From: Octopus sinensis
Taxonomy: Eukaryota
Assembly (NCBI RefSeq): GCF_006345805.1
Contig: NW_021833622.1
Location: forward strand, 1 to 57,487
Reading direction: 5' to 3'
DNA: 57,487 nucleotides
The notes under the pieces are model-generated. The model searched no databases and was not told the origin of the DNA. It saw nothing but the letters and a program-made list of their open reading frames with translations. This document shows positions 36,651-48,807 of the stretch, one piece after another. Made by a program: the position numbers and the translations under genes. The first letter of the stretch is position 1. Each line of letters starts with the position of its first letter.

Positions 36651-37081
36651 ATAACAATGCTATAGAACTTGAGCATATGTGTTGTGTGCTTGTGTATGTG
36701 AAATTCCGTCATTTTAAAGGAACAGTGTTTTGTTTAAATTTTTTGTTTTTCGCCTTTTCAATATAAACTATAGTGTTAAGGGAAAATTACAGCAAAATTT
36801 ACAGTTTCAACTCCAGCCACTATAGAATTCTTTCACTTTCCCTTACCTCATTTAATATCTCCAAATACCACTCACTTTTTCACCATCTGTTGTATTAGTC
36901 TTCCGCCATCAAGTGTGCCAACAAACAAAAGCACATTTATGTTTTATATGTGATTATTTCAATCTTTCATAAATTTCCTGAGAAAGATGAAAAGATAGAA
37001 AAAGAGTCACCCTGTTCCCACTCCCACCCCTATGAAAATGGAGGCCATGATGGTGACAATGAAGACAAAATAAATTCTTAC

Positions 37082-37197
37082 TTGAGTTTTCCAGCATATT
37101 CTAATTCAATTGCACACCTTTCCTTCAAAAAATGTGTGTATTTTTCACAAACTTCAATACCTTTACAAGTGTGGGATGATATATTATCATATTGGTC
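37082..37197 (-). CDS. Coding exon (116 nt) for the F-BAR N-terminus of a CIP4/FNBP1/FNBP1L(Toca-1)-family protein
   Basis: DQYDNISSHTCKGIEVCEKYTHFLKERCAIELEYAGKL(K) resembles FNBP1 [39 protein letters not shown]. Canonical ttctaattacag acceptor and gtaaga donor; phase 0 to 2 at the position of vertebrate exon 2. Confidence 0.9.
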
Positions 37198-37714
37198 CTG
37201 TAATTAGAAACATGCATACAAGAATTATAAAACTGAAGTAAAATAATATAGGAAATATAAAAAAAGAATTCTAAAGTATAACTTTATTACTACTAACAGA
37301 TATTCATTTCTGATCATCTATTAATATTTAAAATGCTTAAACTACCTGAATTAGTTTAAGCAACAAAATTAAACAATCATGAAGTGGACTTGTAACCTTA
37401 CTGTATGAACACTTTGCTTTAAAAGTATTCCTGGATCATTTATCAGTAGATTTTTGTGATATAAAATAGGCCATTATCAAAAGTAAACATAGCAAATCTT
37501 TTTCTTTTTATCAAAAGCCATTGACCTACTTATAAAAACTGCCAAATGTGTATATTCATGAAATTTGTAAACTGATAAAAAAATAATAGAACATTTACTG
37601 CAAGGAGGATTGTCATAAGTAGTTTAGAAAGTAATTGCTTATATCAACTACCAGTTCTCAGCAGCTATCCAATCTGTTAGAGATAAGTTATGTCATCCTC
37701 CAAACAAACCTTAC

Positions 37715-37750
37715 AGTCTTTAATAAAGGATGTATAAGACAATGTAGTCC
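37715..37750 (-). CDS. Candidate 36-nt micro-exon (GLHCLIHPLLKT) upstream of the F-BAR exon
   Basis: Pyrimidine tract ttttcttcctgtttgtatatcag, donor gtaagg, phase 0/0, no stop. No protein homology recognised. Confidence 0.45.
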
Positions 37751-38598
37751 CTGATATACAAACAGGAAGAAAATGGTCATGATTGTATTGTATTTGACCT
37801 GCTCAATCAGGAATGAAGTGGGTTCCACAATATATTCATTAAAAAGATGAACAATATGAAACAGGGTTTTATGATAATTGTAGCACAATGAATATGACCT
37901 ACTCAGTATTCAATTCAAATCCTGAAAGATACACTCCACCCATTATTTTTTTCTTATTTATTAACTCACAAAACAGTTCTCTACCATAAATAACTGCAAC
38001 AACTGTCATCAATTCCTGAACTGTATGTAATCACAATCAAATAGTGTTTGTTGTTTTGAGTAAGAAAATGGAACTAAGAATTCTTATGCATGAGAAACAA
38101 AGCTCTACCTCATTTTAGAAAGAACTTCTTGTCAACAAACTTCCTGCTTGCACTATGTGCATTTTTTTCTTCTTTTTTGCATTTTATCATGTAAATTTCT
38201 CTGGATTTGTCTTCCTTCAACTTTCAAGCATAATATATCAAGCAGTGAGTTAGAATTTGGTGATATGGTTTTTATTATATTTTTTTTATTTATTAATTAT
38301 TTACTTAGAGAAAGAAAGTATTAATTGGAGAAAATAATTGATATTTCAATGTCAGCTGTAAGCGCAAGCTATCTACATGATATCTGAATTTATCAATTCT
38401 GTGTAGGAGTAGAATTATCACAAAGTTTATATTATATCAACGTTTTCTTTCAAGATAGGGTTAGTAAATGGTAAGGACTAACAAGAAACAATGTACTGAT
38501 ATATTTTAAATGCAGGGTTTCTGCATACTAGTAAGTTTATGAGGAGAGAATAATTATTGCAATAGAATAAATAACACTAATAATTTGTTGAGCCTCAC

Positions 38599-38693
38599 AA
38601 AACTTCTGAACGGAGGAGATGAAGATATATTTTGGAATGCTTCTTCTAATGGTAGTTGTGCAGCTTTCAAGTTATAGAAGCTAGATGGACTTT
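38599..38693 (-). CDS. Candidate 95-nt exon (or first exon from ATG at 38712) in frame with the downstream exons
   Basis: Acceptor cttactttatatcag, donor gtgagg; reads ESPSSFYNLKAAQLPLEEAFQNISSSPPFRSF ending in phase 0. Confidence 0.4.
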
Positions 38694-38902
38694 CTGATAT
38701 AAAGTAAGTCATTATCAAAAGCAAAGATTGCAATAATTTTATCCTTATATCAAAAGCTATCAAACTATCTACAAAATCATGAAATTGGTAAACTGGTAAG
38801 TTTGCCAATAAAATGGAGTACAAATTCGGCTATGAAATATGAAATTGATGCCCAGAAATTAATGCCATGTAAATATGTGTAAAAAACCTACATATATATA
38901 AA

Positions 38903-39295
38903 GACACAGGAGTGGTTGTGTGGTAAGTAGCTTGCTTACCAACCACATGGTTCCAGGTTCAGACCCACTGCATGGCACTTTGGGCAAGTGTCTTCTACTA
39001 TACCCTCAGGCTGACCAAAGCCTTATGAATGGATTTGGTAGAGAGAAACTGAAAGAAGCCTGTCATGTATATGTGTGCGCGCACGCACACGTTCGCCCCC
39101 CCACACACACACACATAACATCGCTTGACAACCAATGCTGGTGTCTTTACGTCCCCATAACTTAGTGGTTCAGCAAAAGAGACTGATAGAATAAGTACTA
39201 GGATTACAAAGAATAAGTCCTGGGGTTGATTTGCTCAACTAAAGGTAGTGCTCTAGCATAGCCACAGTCAAATGACTGAAACAAGTAAAAGAATA
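38903..39295 (+). mobile_element. tRNA-derived SINE
   Basis: A-box-like TGGTTGTGTGGTAAG, B-box-like GGTTCAGACCC, internal (CA)n, tail GACTGAAACAAGTAAAAGAAT. Confidence 0.88.
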
Positions 39296-39387
39296 TCAAT
39301 TTACTTGTATTAAACTTATCCTGGCAGGGGAAATAGATGTGACAACAGTTGAAAATCAACAGCAGGTAAAAACCACATACACAATGT

Positions 39388-39774
39388 ATACTCTTTACTT
39401 TTTTACTTGTTTCAGTCATTAGACTGCGGCCATGCTGGAGCACTGCCTTTAGTCGAGGAAATCGACCCCAGGACTTATTCTTTGTAAGCCTAGTACTTAT
39501 TCTACTGGTCTCTTTTGCCGAACGGCTAAGTTAAGGGGACATAAACACATCACCATCGGTTGACAAGCAATGTTGGAGGGGACAAACACAGTCACACAAA
39601 CACATATATACGATGGGTTTCTTTCAGTTTCCGTGTACCAAATCCACTCACAAGGCTTTGGTCAGCCCGAGGCTATAGTAGAAGACACTTGCCCAAGGTG
39701 CCATGCAGTGGGACTGAGTCCGGAACGATGTGGTTGGTAAGCAAGCTACTTACCACACAGTCACTCCTGTGCCT
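39388..39774 (-). mobile_element. tRNA-derived SINE, tail-to-tail with the previous copy
   Basis: Reverse-complement homolog of 38903-39295. Confidence 0.88.
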
Positions 39775-40256
39775 ACAATGTATGCCAATATTCAAAATAT
39801 TTTATCAGCAATGTTATCCACCTTGATGCAATAGTTATATTTTTATGACAGTTTATACAGGACTAACTGTATTTCATCAAAATTTCTAGTTTTTAATTGG
39901 ATTAGAAGATTTATATAGAGAAAGGACTTTAAGAAAAGAGTGAAAATGAATATTTTAACGAAAGAAACATTTTAGCAGATGAGTTTGATATGTAAAAGGC
40001 TCTAAATAACAACCTGTGATTCGATAATTGCTTTCAAATGATTTATAATTTTAATAAATTGGTAAAATTTATTTCTAAAATTCTAAAGCACTTCTAATTC
40101 ATTTTCAGATAATATCGCTATACATTTCTCATGATTGACAATAAAAGTATCAAATAGTTATTAGCATGAGTTAGGGAACATGTTTAAGAATAAACATTAT
40201 GCAATGGCTGTCGATAGCAGATATTGCAGGTTAGTGCAGTCCTCAGGCTCGCTGGC

Positions 40257-40314
40257 TCCTGCCATATTGTCTATTCCCAGCATGGAAAATGGATGTTACA
40301 TGATGATGATGATG
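40257..40314 (+). mobile_element. RTE 3' tail fragment
   Basis: CAGCATGGAAAATGGATGTTACATGATGATGATGATG. Confidence 0.65.
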
Positions 40315-41179
40315 AAATATAACAGGATCATCAGTTTTGTAGTCCCAAAGGCTACCCTTTCCTTTACCGTCAAACAGTGCAAGCTAACTTTTGTCTCTCT
40401 CACTATAGGAATGTATCCTATTTCCAAGACAGATGTCTACATTCCAATGAAGGAGCTATGTTTCTGAGTTAGAGACCAGCTCTTTCAGTATTGGGGAAAA
40501 ATTAAAAAGAAAGCTAATGTCATATATTATCAAAAGGGGGCATCCTGTAGGGAGACAGTATGTCAGTACTATTTAAACTCATCGTTCCTGCTCGTAAAAG
40601 TTTTTATAGAAATGATGGGTACACTAAATACAAAACATCTCTCACTTTTCCTTCAGAAACAATCTTAAGTCAAAAAGAAATTGAATCTCATCAGTCAATA
40701 TTCCATAGTCACAGGAATTAAATTTGATGAGTCAAAATGCATAACATTGATGGTAAGACAATGAAAATGTGTGCCTGGCCAAAAAGACAAATATGAACAG
40801 CCTGAAGGTGCAACCAACATAGTAAGTATGATGGATCCATTACCAAGGAAAAGACAAGAAATGAATACCTCAGGAGAGCAAAGAAAATATGGTTATGAGA
40901 ACTCTCAGCCTATGATAAGCATATTGCATACAGCACTTTTGCAGTACCTAGCCCGATACCTACATTTGGTCTTCTGGATTGGTCACTATAAGAACTTAAG
41001 GCAGATGCAAAAACTCAGAAACAGTTTGGTGTTACTGGAAATTTCAACATCAGTAGGAATGTAGAAACTATATTTTACATACAAGGAGGGTAGCTGTGAC
41101 TTTAAATTTACTTCAACATCATGAAGTAAAGATTGTATGCAATACAATAGCATCATCTGCAACAGTCAAAAAAGAACAC

Positions 41180-41222
41180 CAGCTATTTCACTCAAGTTTT
41201 GTAAACTTGAGTGAAATAGCTG
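41180..41222. repeat. Perfect 20-bp inverted repeat with 3-nt spacer
   Basis: CAGCTATTTCACTCAAGTTT-TGT-AAACTTGAGTGAAATAGCTG. Confidence 0.9.
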
Positions 41223-41716
41223 CAGAAAATATTAGGATATTTATCTTAATTTGTTGTATAACACAGTACAACATGAAACTGCATTGGTAAGCCAGTCTGA
41301 AACACACACTATCACAAGAATCAGGCTTTGTTTACTTTGAAGGAAGTTAGAATTCTCTAATGTTAAGAGAAAGCTCAATCCTTTCTTCTACCACTGACTT
41401 GTCCCGAAACAGACTCATCACAGGACTGAGTTTCTGACTTAGAAAATTTTCAAGAAGATGTTAAGAGTTTACTTAAGGAGAAACATGAAATAGACTGGCA
41501 CTAATCTCTACACAGAATATAAGAAAATCCCACTTAACAAAAATGGAAAGTATTCCAGTTCCCTGAGTATTTGAAACAAAAACCACTAATAGAAAGAATA
41601 AGCCACACTAAAAGCCTGGCATGATGTACCAAAAAGTTTATAAGATTTCACCTTCAAGGTTGTCTCCAAACAATCCTGGATGACAAAAACAAATCCCTAC
41701 CAAGTATCTTCTAAAC

Positions 41717-43095
41717 CAATGTTTCCCAACAAGGGGTGTGGGAAAATTGGGGTGGGGCATGCATTAGCATGGGTTGTGAAAATGTTTGCAATTGACTTGA
41801 GTGCACACTAATCAACCCTAAGCCTATCTTTGGACATTGAAATGGAAAAAAAAAACACAGCCACGCAATATCTATACTAACAATGGGAACTTATGTAGTT
41901 ATGACCAATCGGTGTACCAAGTGAGGTATCCGCATTTGTTAGGCGTTTGTTTCTCTGTTTCAATATCTATTGTCCAGTGTCAATAGCAGCAGTCAACTCC
42001 ACTCATTATTGTTGATTGATGCTTCGAATCCTTTCCTTTCTACGCTGAACAAAAATCGTCATCTTCATTGCTTCATCACCTTCTTGGATTTGTGTCAGCC
42101 CTTTTTAAAATGAGTAAACAAAACAAGAAGACTCATCAATATTTGGTGCAGTGTTTTTGAAGTTTGGGTTTATTCCCAACGTGCATAATGAGCGTAAACC
42201 TATTGTGTCATCAGAAAATGAGCAATGAGTCAATGAAGGCAGGCAGGCTAAAAGTGCACTTGAGAATAAGACATCCCAACAATTCTAATTCAGATTTAGA
42301 GTACTTCAAATCACTGAAAGAAAATTTTGAAAACCAAACAAAACTCACTTCACTATTTGCTGCACAACATGCGTCCTACACTCGTGCCCTCAAAATCAGC
42401 TATGAAATCTCCCTGCTTATAGCAAAACATGGAAAGAATCACATTATTAGATAGCAACTGATTAAACCAGCTATCTCAATATTTTTAAAAGCTGTACAAC
42501 AAAAAGATGATAGAAATTTCAGGGCCATGCCACTCAGTTGTAATACTGTCTCCAACAGAATTGACGAAATGGGGCAAGATGTTGAAAATCAGTTTAATGA
42601 GACATTAAAATCATGAAAATTCTCATTACAAATAGATGAATCCATATTTCGGGGCAGTAAGGCCTTGTTATTGACTTATGTGAGATATATTGAGCATGAA
42701 GTTTTTCAGGAATAGATGTTGTTTTGTGAATCACTGGAAACCACAATTGCAAAGGATATTCACAGCAAACTTAAACATTATTTTGATGTGAACAAAATAC
42801 CAAAAGAAAACTATGATGGGCAAGAAAACAGGATGCTTAAAAAAGATGAAGGATGAAAATCCAAACATATTGATTGACCATTGCATCATACACCGAGAAA
42901 ACTAGGTTGCCAAGAAACTGTCCCCTGTTCTTAACTAGAATCTACCAGCTGTGATGAAGTGTGTCAATAGCATTAAAGTAAATCCCAAAGCCAAATGTCT
43001 TTTTAAGCAGTTTTGTGTAAATCAAAGTGCCAAGCATATTTGATTATTGCTTCATACAAAAGTAAGGTAGCTATCAAGTGGAAATTGCTTAAAAA
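41717..43095 (+). mobile_element. hAT (Buster/ZBED5-8-like) transposon remnant, 3' part missing
   Basis: TIR-like CAATGTTTCCCAAC; SNESMKAGRLKVHL..HP, SYEISLLIAKHGKNH, PLSCNTVSNRIDEM, FSLQIDES, HCIIHREN. Confidence 0.85.
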
Positions 43096-43504
43096 GGTTC
43101 CCTCTACCTTTCCTCAGTCATCAGCCAGTCTTAGGTTTGCTATGAGCTTCTTCTTGATGTTGCTCATCCAATCTCTCTATACTTTTAATATACCTTTTTT
43201 TACTAAAAGTTTGTCTGTACATGAGTTGGTAGGGAAGCATAAAAATATTGCTCCAATAATGTAGGTATTTGCCACTAACTTCATATTTCATTGCTAACAC
43301 TTGCAGCAGAATGAAGAATAAAGATGAATTGGGAAGACAAATCTGCAAAACTGTCCAATGCACACTAACATTGGTGTAAAACAATGACAATGATAGTTGT
43401 GCACAATGTTATACCTCTAAGTGCAAAAATGGAATCATGAGAAGCTCCAAGTTAGAAAAGAAAAGAAAAATGAAATTTTTTTTATTATCAAAATACCAAA
43501 CAAA

Positions 43505-44098
43505 TGCCAGTCTAGAGAAAGCCTTTGACAGTACCTTGATCTGTGACATGGTAGTCTCTGAGGAAACTAAGGATAGACAAATGGCTTGTAAAAGCAGAAC
43601 AAACCACTTATAGCGGTGCTATTAGGATGGTAAGAGTTGGCCATGGGTAAAGTGACGAATTTAGTGTACAAGTAGGTGTCCACCAGCAGTCAGTCCTCAG
43701 CCCCCTCCTATTCATCATCCTTCAGGCCATATCAGAGAGATTTAAGACTGGAAGCCCATGGGAACTACAACATGCTAAGAATCTTGCCCTCATAGCAGAA
43801 TCTGTAACAAAATTAGAAAAGAAATTCCAAGTGTGAAAACGGAACCTGGAATCAAAGGGTTTTAAGATAAACTTAGCAATTACCAAAGTCCTAGTAAGCA
43901 AGAATGGATAGAATCCTTCACCCTTCCAGTAAATGGTCCTGCTCAATATGTAGGAAGGGTGTAGGTATTCCATTTGGTGTACTCAGTGCAAACTATGGAC
44001 ACACAAGAAGGTTATTATAGGAAGGCTAACAGGAAGTTGTGTGTATGTGTGGAAGATGTATGGAAGCCATAAAGGTGATGAAGCAATGGGAAACTGTA
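43505..44098 (+). mobile_element. Old RTE RT fragment
   Basis: LEKAFD, GVHQ.SVLSPLLF-like and WTHK-like segments, collinear with other RTE copies in the opposite orientation. Confidence 0.75.
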
Positions 44099-44239
44099 CA
44101 TCATCATCATCTTTGTTTAATGTCCATCTCCATGCCAAATCAGACTGGAGTCTGGTGCAGCCTTCCAGCTTGCCAGCCCTGGTCAAGCCATCTTACTCAT
44201 GCCAGCATGGACAACAGACATTAAATGATGATGAAGATG
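44099..44239. mobile_element. 141-bp insert made of two oppositely oriented RTE 3' tails
   Basis: Left CATCATCATCAT..TTTAATGTCC..CCATGC; right GCATGGACAACAGACATTAAATGATGATGAAGATG; TGTACA at 44095-44100 and 44238-44243. Confidence 0.75.
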
Positions 44240-44784
44240 TACAGAAGTGTTAAAATAAATGAAGTAGCTGCATGACGTGTACAACACTGTAAATGCTCTG
44301 ACAAAAGCTAGGTACACAGAATCTTGCATACAAAAGAGATTTGGTAGAAATATAAGATGAATAAAGTAAATATTTTTACTTCAAGATGAAGAAACAAAAC
44401 TCATTGCTTTCTATTTTGAATGTCTGGATACACAGGTTGATATTGGTGTTTAATTTGAGTTTAATGAAATGGGATATGAAAAGAATTTTGTAAATATCTA
44501 TTGAGGAAACTTCTGTTCAAAAGAATTGCCAAAGCAAAAATAGATAGGTAGAGCAATTGTGAAGTTCATAACAGCAAGCTAAACCAACTGTTAGGTCTCA
44601 ATATCACTGGTAAAAGCACATCCCTAACATAGTTAGGATCGCATCTCAATGACAGACCTATCTCTTCAGGACCATGAGATACTTAAGCCCCCACTCCACC
44701 TCAAGAAACAATTATAGCACTCTACTAAGCTCAGATGAAACCAACACTGGAGTATCACTCTCATACCAGGGAAACATCCTAGAG

Positions 44785-44930
44785 CATCATCATCATCATC
44801 GTTTAGCGTCCGCTCTCCATGCTAGCATGGGTTGGACGGTTCAACTGGGGTCTGGGAAGCCAGAAGGCTGCACAGGGCCCAGTTTGATCTGGCAATGTTT
44901 CTACGGCTGGATGCCCTTCCTAACACCAAG
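44785..44930 (-). mobile_element. Short young RTE 3' tail
   Basis: Near-identical to 22988-23140. Confidence 0.85.
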
Positions 44931-45801
44931 CATATCCACTAAAAAGCCACGGTCTCTGAGGGGTTGAGTGAAACTGTTAAATTCCAAATCAGAGTTGATC
45001 TCCTCAGGTCTCCAGTAAAGGAAATCCCTTCTAAAATTCAAGCTGCCAACTAGATAATACTCAGTATGCTCCAAATCATCCCTGGAAATGTTCACACATT
45101 TGCCCCCTGCCACGCCAATACACTGTTCACTGCACCAGCACTACATATCATTCTTTACAAGAATCCACTTATACAGGATCCAACCACTTTCACCTCTTCA
45201 CATGGCCATTTGTACACTACAGATTTGGAAGCCAATGCATCCACAGTTCACTACAGTCTGGGAAATTGTAGTTTTCTCCTGGACTTTATTTCACAACTTA
45301 TATGAGGTACTTTAATTATACCTTAACTATAAAGAGATACTTTATACCTTAATCTATCAATTTTAAAACTATTTGTATGTAGTTAAGCCTTTTTCTTCAC
45401 ATATCAGTTTTCTGCATCTTTTTCTTATTTCTGAAGCCTTTTATTGTTTATATGTGTGTGTGTGTCATATCTATTTCTTGTATATATTATTTGATCTTAC
45501 TTTATATATCTATTCATTATCTTATTTATTTATTTATAGACATTTATGTAATTTATGCACCATCCAGTTATATTCTACATTATGATTTCATTTTTATTAT
45601 CATCATCATAGTAATAATAACTATACACGTGTGCACAAGAGCACACTACATGAATATACATGCTGCAGATTTATTTATGTACATGTGAAAAATATGATTT
45701 CATGTTAATGTCTTATAGGCATATGTATGTATAAATTATATGTATTTGTATGTACGTATGTAGATGTGCACATGCATATCAATGTGCATGTATATAAGTG
45801 T

Positions 45802-47068
45802 ATCAGCATCATCATTCAACATCCATTGTCCATGCTGTTATGGGTTGGACAACTTGACATGGGCTGCACCAGACTCCAGTCTGATTTGGTATGGTTTTCT
45901 ATGGTTGTATGCCCTTCCTAACACCAACCACTCTGAGGGTGTAGTGGGTGTTTTTATGTGCCACTGGCACAGGTGCCATTTGTGTGACACCAGTATTTGG
46001 CACGACTGCAATTTTGCTCAGCTTGATGGGTCTTCTTCTGAAGCACGACATAATGCCAAAGGTCTCAGTCACTGCCTTGGAGAGGCCTAACACTCAAAAG
46101 GTGCTCTTAACGTGCCACTGGCACAGGAACCAGTTACATGACACCAGCATCAACCATGACTATGATTTCATTTGGCTTGACAAGTCTTCTCAAGCACAGC
46201 ATATCGCCAAAGGTCTCAGTCACTAGCCATTGTCTCTGTGAGGCTCACAGTTCTAAGATCATGCTTCACCACTTCATCTCATGTCTTCCTGGGTCTACCT
46301 CTACCACAGGTTCTCTCCACACTTAGAGCTCAACATTTCTTTACCTGTCTTTGTTCATACACATCACATGACCATACCAGCGCAGTTGTCTCTCTTGCAC
46401 ACCACATCTGATGCCTCTTATGTCTAACTTTTCTCTCAAGATACTTATACTCTGTTGATCATGCACACTGACATTGTACATGCAGTGAAGCATACTAGCT
46501 TCATTTCTTTCAAACCTATGATGTCTTTGGCTGTCATGTAGCATAGCTGTTTGCATATAGGCATCATACAATCTACCTTTCATTCCGAGAGTGACGGCCC
46601 TTTGTTAGCAGCAGAAGTAGGAGCTCTCTAAAATTTGTCCAGCCTAATCTTATTTTCACAGCTACACTCTTGGAGCATCCACCTAACTTGATCACCTAGA
46701 TAATGGAAGCTATCTACTACCTCTAGCTTGCTCCCCTGACAGTTGATGGAGTCTATTTGCTGCACATTTTCAGCATTTATTGTACCTGTGCATCTGCCAC
46801 ATGCAAAAACTAGTTTCCCTGTTAACCTTCCTCTGATATTGCTGCACCTTTTGTGTGTCCAAAGCTTACATTGGGTGCATCTTATGGAGTTTCTACCTAC
46901 GGCTTTTCTACAAATCAAGGTAGGTTAACTCTAAGGCACTTCGATTCTAGACCTTGCTTTGATACTTGGAACTTCTATAGTTCTGGTAGTGATTCAGCAA
47001 CAAGAACATGGTCATCAGCATCAAGGAGCTCCCAGAGGCAGCCTGTCTTAAATTCCTCTGTTATTGCC
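45802..47068 (-). mobile_element. 5'-truncated RTE LINE (duplicated ORF-end subfamily) with internal deletions
   Basis: Tail, 3'UTR, KGRLYDAY..TAMLH, ICRKAVGRNSIRCTQCKLWTHKRCS. Confidence 0.85.
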
Positions 47069-47200
47069 TATGATGTATTATGTAGCAATGTATGTATATA
47101 TTCATGTATGTGCCTATATTCATGTATGTACATATGTGTGTATGTGTATACATATGTGTATGTATTCATGGACATGCATATACAAATGAGTGTATGCATG

Positions 47201-48250
47201 CAAAGTCTTCTCTGGAACCTCATATTACCAGACATCTCACTCCATTGTCATTTACTCCGTGAGCCCCCAACATTCTGAGATCATTCCTCACAACTTTGTC
47301 CCATGTCTTCCTAGGTCTTCTACTTCCACATGTACCATCCACTTTTAGTGACCAGCACTTCATTATAAATTGTCTTCATTCATATGCATCACATATGGTC
47401 CAAACCAATGTAGTCTTTTCTCTTGCATGCTGCATTTATTCCCTCTTATGCCTAACTTTTATCTCAACACATCTGCACTTTGTCGTTCATGCACATCCAG
47501 TGGAGCATACTGCCTTCATTCCTTTTTAGTCTATGCATGTCTTCTGCATTCAAAGCCTATGTCTCATGGTCATGGAATATAGCCTTTCCTACACAGGCAT
47601 CTTTCCCTTTTTCTGGTCAATCTGAATAGTGTTTCTGCCAGAGTGGTAGGTGACTAGGTGGCTGGCAAGTTTTCTGAAATTAGTATTGCAAACCATAAGA
47701 TCATTTGCGTCCACAGAACTCCAGCAGCTTTGTTCATTCCTCATTGCGTGAGCCAAAACCGTAGACTCCATATATGCCATGGAAGCTAGCCCATGATGGC
47801 ACACTAATCTAATCTTAAGTATTCTGTCGCATACTCTGACTACCTTATCTACCCATTTCTCCGCAAGAAGTATACCCACATCCCCAACCCCGTTAGTGTT
47901 CTCCACCCAGAAAATCTTGTACCTGTGTTCTTTGCCTGTGAGGAACCTAGCAGAACCTCATATCCACCTTACTTCTTGGATGCAGCACATATCAACACAT
48001 CTCTGTTCAGGCCTCTCAGCAATCTCACCATCCTACCTTTCAGTGTGCCGACGTTGAGAGTGCCAACCCTGAAGTTATGGGAGGTATGTGCCCTAGAGAC
48101 CCTGTGAGGGGAGACAGTGGCATGATGTACCTGAAACGAGAGCTTGCATTTGGCAGAATTCATAAGCAACCTATAGTCTTAAGTTCAACCTGCGTACACT
48201 ACACTATCATGTTTGTCACTGTATGATCACTACCTTATATAGTAGTGGTG
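47201..48250 (-). mobile_element. Internally deleted RTE: ORF C-terminus joined near 47590 to the APE N-terminus and 5' region
   Basis: 47201-47590 resembles the ORF 3' end; 47590-48150 encodes RVGTLNVGTLKG and GVGDVGILLAEKWVDKV; 48130-48250 matches 30220-30320. Confidence 0.75.
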
Positions 48251-48807
48251 GGGTTAGGGTTAGAGACGAATGACTGTGTGATCGTGTGATAAACTTTCAT
48301 AGATGAGTGAAAGAATATGTTGCAAATTATGGAAATGCGTGAGCTAAGGTTGTCTCAGACATCAACAAGTAAGACAAAAATATAGAACTGAAATGCATGA
48401 GCTAAAGTTATCTTAGACATCAACAGTAAGACGAAACTATGGAACTATATTTACATGATGGCATGGTGCTGAAATAGACACAATAAGACAGAATATAATA
48501 ATAAGGGTTTATGATGATGATATTCGCAGATATACAGTGGAAGGTGGGTAACAAGTTGAAAGGTAAAAATCTCTTATCTGAAATTTTTCATCCTCTGAGA
48601 TTTGTATTTTACGGCCAAGGTATCGAAATCAAATAGGAGGGTTATCATGCGTGTGTTAGTTTATATAATGTGGTGATAGTGGTGGTGGGGGAAGTAGGAA
48701 ATCTTGGCTAGGCGAGTGGTAATAGAAAGAGAGTGAGATATAGACACAGACAGAGTGATGGCCGATAGATATCAATATATGTGTATATATATATATATAT
48801 ATCAATA

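Noticed and set aside
36845-36890. Candidate minus-strand exon ending at a strong AG|GTAAGG donor
   Set aside because: Stops in all three frames and no resemblance to the expected next F-BAR exon. No exon 3 (expected xLVKxYxPKK-like) was found by eye anywhere downstream.
38903-38990. tRNA gene
   Set aside because: A/B-box-like motifs belong to the SINE head; no complete cloverleaf or Pol III terminator.
43100-43400. Possible minus-strand BovB-like RT remnant (NLRLADD)
   Set aside because: A single short motif with no supporting collinear blocks.
44620-45330. Possible very old Penelope remnant around the short RTE tail
   Set aside because: Only vague similarity (FKLP, PC..) and no GIY-YIG motif recovered.
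48332-48447. 58-bp tandem duplication
   Set aside because: Real but unremarkable two-unit local duplication with no associated feature.
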